Source of the DNA: Nitrospinota bacterium
GTDB lineage: Bacteria > Nitrospinota > Nitrospinia > Nitrospinales > VA-1
Assembly (NCBI GenBank): GCA_014382285.1
Contig: JACNKA010000077.1
Coordinates: 13,208 to 77,207 of the forward strand
Length of the DNA stretch: 64,000 nt
Direction of reading: 5' to 3'
Part shown: piece by piece, positions 58,507-64,000 of the stretch
How the letters are laid out: every line of letters starts with the position of its first letter
How positions within the stretch are numbered: the first letter of the stretch is position 1
Program-made: the position numbers and the translations under genes
The notes under the pieces: generated by a model
The model's database searches: none
Told to the model about the DNA's origin: nothing
Seen by the model: only the letters and a program-made list of their open reading frames with translations

Positions 58507-58605
58507 ATGACCATGTCTGCGAAGAAATTTTTACTTCTGGTTGGGTACTACACCGTCCTCATTGCGGCGATGGTTATGTTCGCAAACCAGCCTATTTTTT
58601 CCTAG
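58507..58605 (+). CDS. hypothetical 32-aa single-TM protein (MTMSAKKFLLLVGYYTVLIAAMVMFANQPIFS)
   Basis: GGAGGGAG (58491-58498) lies 8 nt upstream of the ATG at 58507. The protein has a hydrophobic core of about 20 aa. The track ORF (58396-58605) starts at an unlikely TTG. Confidence 0.35.
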   Translation: MTMSAKKFLLLVGYYTVLIAAMVMFANQPIFS

Positions 58606-58819
58606 GAATTTTTCCTACGGAAATCGTAACGAGGGGAGTTCAGCTCAATCTCGTGGAAAGGGCTTGGCATAGGCCGTCAAACTGAGACCACTCTTTGTCA
58701 GCCAGACAAAGCCCTTGTTAGCGCAACCCAGCCCCACGCCCCTTGACAGGGGAGGTAAAAGGGTGCGTTAAGCTAAACATCACATAAATTAGTAAAGCTA
58801 TTGCCCATTGAGTTCAGCG

Positions 58820-59113
58820 TCACGCTGAAGGGCCGAAGATGGGGAATTTTTTTTCAAGGAAATAAGGGTCACCACCCGCCTCTCTTGCCTGAAGTTCATC
58901 AGAAAAGAAAACTTTCATAATATCCTGGGGTCGTTTGAATTCCGGCAGGCTACTTTTTTTAGAGCCCGTTGCTTCTGTGTTTAAGGAAGCTCTAATGATT
59001 TGCAGTTCGATCAGTAGTTTAGCGAAGTCTCCACCGGCCACGGCATCGGCCTGCCTTTTCTGCGCTGAGGTGAGGTCATTGAGGCAAGAGCATGTCTGAT
59101 TCACAGGTTCCAT
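58820..59113 (-). CDS. hypothetical protein, 97 aa
   Basis: This ORF only. There is no obvious SD and no recognisable motif. Confidence 0.3.
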   Translation of the reverse strand: MEPVNQTCSCLNDLTSAQKRQADAVAGGDFAKLLIELQIIRASLNTEATGSKKSSLPEFKRPQDIMKVFFSDELQAREAGGDPYFLEKKFPIFGPSA

Positions 59114-59343
59114 ACTTGTAGTGACGGCTCAAACCGGAAAATCTTAACTCCAAAAATCACACAAAAATAGAACTCATTGATTTTATGTTCGCTAGTAGTG
59201 TTCGTGGGTGACAATACTTCTTGTGAAATCTATCTATGTTTATAGAATGGGCAGGGGGTTTCGGTTATCATTTTGAGAACTACCTGAAAATACTCTAAGA
59301 TACCCACCACAATGTCTCAAACTTTTTTATCACAGGCGTACTG

Positions 59344-60807
59344 ATGAAAAAAACACTAGCTTTGCTGAAACAGAACGTCTGGATAATAGGTGTTCTTCTG
59401 GGAATGATCTGTTGGATTGTTGACGGGGTGGTTGATTTTCTGTTTTTTAGTCAGGCGTCCCTGATTGAAAACCTTTTTTTTCTTACGCCTGTTGAAATCT
59501 GGATGCGATCATTTAAATTTTTAATTTTAGTGATTTTTGGATTGATCGTTCATTTTGGTTGGCGAAGACAAATTAAAATTCAGGAAGAGTTGGAATTAAG
59601 CCAGGAGCAGGGCAAGCGGCTTTTGCACCAGTTTCGTGCCATTCTGGATGGGACCAGCCAACATACCGGAGAAAACTTTTTCCCCTCTATGGTCCAGCAA
59701 CTCGCCGCGACATTGAAAGTTCGTTATGCTTTTATAGGAATTCTGGTTGATAAGGATACAAGAATTCAAAGCCGGGCCTTTGTTGAAAACGAAAAACTCT
59801 TGGAGAGCATTAGTTATGATATTAAAGGAGGCCCCTGTGAAAATGTTTTGAATAGAGCGCAAAGTATTTATCCCAAGGATCTTCAGAAAATATTTCCAAA
59901 AGATCTTTATTTTAAAGAAAACAATATTGAAAGTTATCTCGGGTGCCCGCTGACGGATACGGATGGCTCGCCCATTGGAATCATGTCGGTAATGGATACC
60001 AAACCCTTTGATGAAGAAGAAACAGAAAATATTCAATCGATTCTTAAGTCTTTCGCCGCAAGGGTGGAAGCGGAAATGAGGCGGATCAGTATAGAAGAGA
60101 AAGCGGAACATTACGCAAGCGAGCTGGAACGGAGCAATCAGGACCTGAAGGAATTCGCCTATATAGCTTCCCACGACTTGAAAGAGCCTCTCCGGAAAAT
60201 TATGATTTTTGGAGAAATGTTTGAGAAAAAAATGGAACCGCTTGATGCAGAACCAAAAGATTTGCTCATGCGCATGATTAACGGGGCAAATCGGATGAAT
60301 GACTTGATCGATGATCTTCTCCAGTTGTCTCGCATTCAGACCCGAGCCTCGGGTTTGGTCAAATCTGATCTGAATCAAATAGTGAAAATAACGCTGGAAG
60401 AACTGGGGGTTTCTGTTTTAGAAACACAAGCGAAGATAAAAATCGAAGAGTTACCCACTCTGAAGGTTGACAAGATACATATTCGCCAGTTGTTTCTGAA
60501 TTTGATCAGTAACTCGGTGAAATACAAAAATCCGGATCGGCCCCTGGAAATCACTATCCATGCTTTAAAAACAGAGCAGAATATTTGGGAAATTTCAGTG
60601 ACCGACAATGGAATTGGTTTTGAGGAAAAGTATGCGAAGAAAATATTCAAACCCTTTGAGCGGTTGCACAACAGGGAGACTTATGGTGGCACCGGGATGG
60701 GGCTTGCCATTTGCAGGAAAATCGTGGAACGCCATGGTGGCACCATCACAGCTAAAAGCTCCCTGGGAAATGGCACAACCATCACCTTCACCCTTCCGGA
60801 AGAGTGA
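59344..60807 (+). CDS. sensor histidine kinase (2 TM, GAF-like domain, HisKA, HATPase_c)
   Basis: 487 aa. It has the H-box YIASHDLKEPL, the N-box LISNSVKY, and the G-boxes DNGIGF / GTGMGLAICRKIV. There is no adjacent response regulator. Confidence 0.9.
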   Translation: MKKTLALLKQNVWIIGVLLGMICWIVDGVVDFLFFSQASLIENLFFLTPVEIWMRSFKFLILVIFGLIVHFGWRRQIKIQEELELSQEQGKRLLHQFRAILDGTSQHTGENFFPSMVQQLAATLKVRYAFIGILVDKDTRIQSRAFVENEKLLESISYDIKGGPCENVLNRAQSIYPKDLQKIFPKDLYFKENNIESYLGCPLTDTDGSPIGIMSVMDTKPFDEEETENIQSILKSFAARVEAEMRRISIEEKAEHYASELERSNQDLKEFAYIASHDLKEPLRKIMIFGEMFEKKMEPLDAEPKDLLMRMINGANRMNDLIDDLLQLSRIQTRASGLVKSDLNQIVKITLEELGVSVLETQAKIKIEELPTLKVDKIHIRQLFLNLISNSVKYKNPDRPLEITIHALKTEQNIWEISVTDNGIGFEEKYAKKIFKPFERLHNRETYGGTGMGLAICRKIVERHGGTITAKSSLGNGTTITFTLPEE

Positions 60808-60855
60808 AGCCTTATCACCTCCTATTGAATAGAAAAAATATTGCGATAGTCTGAC

Positions 60856-61674
60856 CTACTGTGATTGAGGGCTCTCCGTCTGGGGGAGGGTTCTATATTC
60901 ACTGCCCGGCATAGGGGCTTGTGATTCCATTTTTTCGTGGGCGTGTAAATGACTGTCTTCTGGAAACCCAAATTCATCAGGACCAATGGTATGTGAATAT
61001 CCATGCATCTGCATTAAAAATAAAAAGGCCCCTGCAACAATAAGCCCATTATTGGAGACGGCATTTATTTGCAGGAAGGACTTCGTATGTCGCCATTTAA
61101 ATAGCAAGGCAACCATTAAACACAGGGCGACAATTTGTCCTAACTCAATTCCCAGGTTAAAGGATAGTATTCGCAATACAATCCCTTCTTCTCCCAAGGG
61201 CAGTTGTTGAAGTCTTGTGGATAATCCTAATCCGTGAATCAGTCCAAATATAAATACAGCCCAAATCAAATCGGGTGATTTTTCAAAGAATTTACGGAAC
61301 CCGCCAATATTTTCATAGCCGATGTAGCAAACGCTCAAGGCAATCACAGCATCAATTAAAAAATAGTTAACGGTAACCCCCATCAAGGTTGCTGTGATAA
61401 GGGTTATGCTGTGTCCTATTGTAAAGGCGGTTATGGTTTTGACCACATCCATGAAGGTGGTGAGAAAAAAGACAATCCCAAAAACAAATAAAAGATGGTC
61501 GTAACCAGTCAGCATATGAGTCGCACCAATCTTCAAAAATTGAAGGTTCCCCCCTTCTAGAATAGTTTGCTTTTCCGCTTCAGACATCCCATGAGCATAA
61601 ACAAATGAGGATACAAATAAAGCAGTGAATAGTGTTTGGAGTACAAGAATTTTTTTCATAAGTATTGTTTTCAA
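60856..61674 (-). CDS. HupE/UreJ-family membrane protein with His-rich C-terminal tail
   Basis: 272 aa with a signal peptide, HMLTGYDHLLF (the HupE signature) and six TM helices. The tail is HGYSHTIGPDEFGFPEDSHLHAHEKME. Confidence 0.85.
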   Translation of the reverse strand: MKTILMKKILVLQTLFTALFVSSFVYAHGMSEAEKQTILEGGNLQFLKIGATHMLTGYDHLLFVFGIVFFLTTFMDVVKTITAFTIGHSITLITATLMGVTVNYFLIDAVIALSVCYIGYENIGGFRKFFEKSPDLIWAVFIFGLIHGLGLSTRLQQLPLGEEGIVLRILSFNLGIELGQIVALCLMVALLFKWRHTKSFLQINAVSNNGLIVAGAFLFLMQMHGYSHTIGPDEFGFPEDSHLHAHEKMESQAPMPGSEYRTLPQTESPQSQ

Positions 61675-61885
61675 TAAATTAATGTTTTAAAAGCCTATTA
61701 TGATTTGTTGGGGATCGGGGATTTGGTCATCGCAGACAATACTCTCAAGCATGAGGGGGCAGACCTTCAATCCGTATGCGTCACAAAACCCCTTAGTAAA
61801 CCAGACTCAATGAATTCTTCGAACTCTTTCACTAAATTCGCTACGAGTCAGAATGGGATGTTTTAATTTGGCGGAGGGTGGCAGG

Positions 61886-62818
61886 TCAATCATATGCAAC
61901 AATAACGCAATTTCGTCCCCTGAGTTTTGCATTATAGAGTGCCTCATCAGCACTCTGAAGTAGTTTTGCGTGAGACGAATCTGAGCTGGGAACAATACTG
62001 GCAACACCCAGGCTCACCGTTATAAAAGGACTGATACTGCTTAGTTTATGTTCAATCTCCAGAGCCACGATTAGAGCTCGAATTTTTTCGGCCATGTGGG
62101 TTGCATCTTTCAGTTCAATATTTGGTAAAATGACCACAAACTCTTCCCCGCCATAACGGGCGACTATATCTACGGATCGCCGCAAAGCGTCAGAAATTGC
62201 ATCCGCCACCTTTATTAAGCATTCATCACCAGCCTGGTGCCCATAAGTGTCGTTGTATTTTTTAAAATAGTCAATGTCCAGCATGATTAACGATAGAGGT
62301 GATTTTTCCCGCTTTGTTCGTTTCCATTCTACAGCTAGAATTTCGTCGAAATAACGACGATTGTGTATACCGGTCAACCCATCGTTAATCGCAAGATCAC
62401 TCAGATATTCCTCAACATTTTCGTAATAGCTGAAAAAATGCACAGCAGATAATAAGCCTACATATTCTCCCTTTTCTGTGACTGCAAGGTTGCGGATTCC
62501 CCACCTGCGCATTCTTTTATTTGCTTCCGTCATAATCGCTGATCCCTCAATTGTTTTGACAGGAGCCGACATGATGGAATTGATTGTTGTGTTATTTACC
62601 GAATATTCTTTTGCTGCAACTTTGCGGGTGAAGTCTGCATCTGTGACTACACCGATGTAGTCAAGAGACTTATTTTTTATCAGTACCACAGAAAGTTTAT
62701 TTGAACTCATAAAATCTGCAACTTCCTTAAGTGTTGAGTCCTCGGCAACAGAAAGGATGGGAGAAGTCATGTAGTCCCTGACTTTTCCGCCGGATATGAT
62801 TTTTTTCTTATAATCCAT
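61886..62818 (-). CDS. diguanylate cyclase with N-terminal CBS pair
   Basis: 310 aa with two CBS motifs, then GGDEF with an intact RYGGEEF and an RxxD-like I-site context. Confidence 0.9.
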   Translation of the reverse strand: MDYKKKIISGGKVRDYMTSPILSVAEDSTLKEVADFMSSNKLSVVLIKNKSLDYIGVVTDADFTRKVAAKEYSVNNTTINSIMSAPVKTIEGSAIMTEANKRMRRWGIRNLAVTEKGEYVGLLSAVHFFSYYENVEEYLSDLAINDGLTGIHNRRYFDEILAVEWKRTKREKSPLSLIMLDIDYFKKYNDTYGHQAGDECLIKVADAISDALRRSVDIVARYGGEEFVVILPNIELKDATHMAEKIRALIVALEIEHKLSSISPFITVSLGVASIVPSSDSSHAKLLQSADEALYNAKLRGRNCVIVAYD

Positions 62819-63253
62819 TTCGAGCCGCTAAATTTATGAGTGCCAGTCAATATACCTATTGCGAAACTTTACTGCTCAACGGAGAGGTGAAAATATTTTG
62901 GAAGTAGTTTTCTTTAAGGACCTGAAAACTCTAACCGCAGTAATTCGAAATTCTAGCATTTATTGGTGTTTCCGCAAATTAACATTATTTTATAGGAATG
63001 CTCAAATAAAAAACTGTGATTAAACAGGCCCCGTTGTCATTGACTTAACGTCAAACAAGCGAGATCACCACCATTAAATTACAATCTTGAAAAGAACCTG
63101 AAATTAACCGAGAATGCCATATTGATGTCTGGCAGGATGCTGAGAGGTGCCGAAGTATTCAGAAAGACATGCCTATTGAGTTTTTCAGCACCCTGCTAGT
63201 GCGGGACGTTTTTTTATTCCGTGAATAATATCGAATCTGATCAGGTTTTGAAA

Positions 63254-64000
63254 AATGAGTTTGCTGACCGCCAGACCGTCTTCTTCTGTATTCGTTGTGG
63301 AAGATCCCTGTTTTCTTAATGTCGATGAACGCCCGGATTGGCAAGGACAATTTGACAACAGCCAGCCTATAAAGCTTGAAATTGGTTTTGGAATGGGAGA
63401 TTTTCTCATTGAAATGGCGACACGGGAACCTCATAGCAATTTTATTGGAATAGATTTTTCTCAAGATGGCATTAGAAAATTACTCGCCCGGATTAAAAAT
63501 CTTAGCTTAAAAAATATTCGTGTTGTATATGGAGATGTCCGGGAAAAAATCCCTCTCCTTTTCCATGATGATGAATTGGACACGGTCTATGTAAATTTTC
63601 CTGACCCCTGGCCAAGGAGGAGGCATTTCAAACGCAGGCTGATTAAACCCAAACTGGTCAAGTTGGTGGCGCAAAAACTGGCACCAGAAGGTTGTGTGTA
63701 TCTGGCTACCGACAGCGAACCTTATGCACGGGAAATCAGCGAGTATTTTAACGCCGAGCCTTTGCTACAAAATAGAACACGGGAGTTCGGTTTTCTACAG
63801 ACTCGTAACAATTTGCCGAAAACAAAATACGAAAAAAGTTTTATCTACGCCGGTGACAAAATCCATTATCTGGAATATTCCCGGTTAGCCGTAGAGGGGC
63901 AAGTCGAGCAGGACGTGTCATCGACAAAACAGGAAGCGGAAACCTCAAGCCATGATGAACGGGTGACAAAAGCTTTTAAGGATGCCGAAGCCAACGCAAA
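63254..64000 (+). CDS. trmB: tRNA (guanine-N7)-methyltransferase, 3' end beyond the window
   Basis: My own translation from the ATG at 63254 gives MSLLTARPSS...EIGFGMGDFLIEMA...VNFPDPWPRRRHFKRRL...YLATD. It is open to position 64000 (249 codons) and absent from the ORF track because there is no stop in the window. Confidence 0.9.

Noticed and set aside
61807-62007. A 66-aa ORF overlapping the 3' end of the GGDEF gene, and other small ORFs (60-100 aa) in intergenic or overlapping positions throughout the track.
   Set aside because: They overlap well-supported genes or repeats, lack SD sequences and have no recognisable motifs.

Overview
This 64 kb window comes from a diderm (LPS-making) bacterium and is mostly core genome. 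I cannot name the lineage without a search. Recognisable blocks, in order:
- two CrtI-like flavoenzymes plus a stand-alone ACP
- squalene-hopene cyclase
- rplM-rpsI, argC-argJ, def-fmt
- a UDP-glucuronate decarboxylase
- radC, which is frameshifted
- the ADP-heptose genes gmhA-hldE and hldD
- a tightly packed minus-strand operon: MBL hydrolase, DUF898, M48 peptidase, GT-C glycosyltransferase, hldD
- apgM-like (proposed homoserine kinase), lysC, cimA
- a large double-PAS chemoreceptor
- glnB-glnA-glnE
- the outer-membrane/lipid A cluster: bamA, skp, fabZ, lpxA, Gfo/Idh/MocA, lpxI, lpxB, DUF374
- clpC, metH
- a looser 3' part with an FGE-sulfatase lipoprotein, a ParB-like protein, an interrupted HEPN/Abi-like gene, TPR, DegT, GNAT, a histidine kinase, HupE, CBS-GGDEF and trmB

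I found no rRNA, tRNA, CRISPR array, transposase or integrase.

I do not see a convincing multi-gene novel system. The unexplained signals that the sequence best supports are:
1. A roughly 90-135 nt modular structured repeat family that butts against stop codons.
2. A mosaic of GC-rich hairpin modules. One of them repeatedly supplies the last codons and the TAG stop of genes.
3. A small AT-rich cassette, bracketed by inverted copies of a 32-nt module, that carries a HEPN-motif gene split by one in-frame TAG and sits next to an orphan ParB-like gene.
4. A one-base frameshift in radC.
5. Several uncharacterised but tightly coupled gene groupings.
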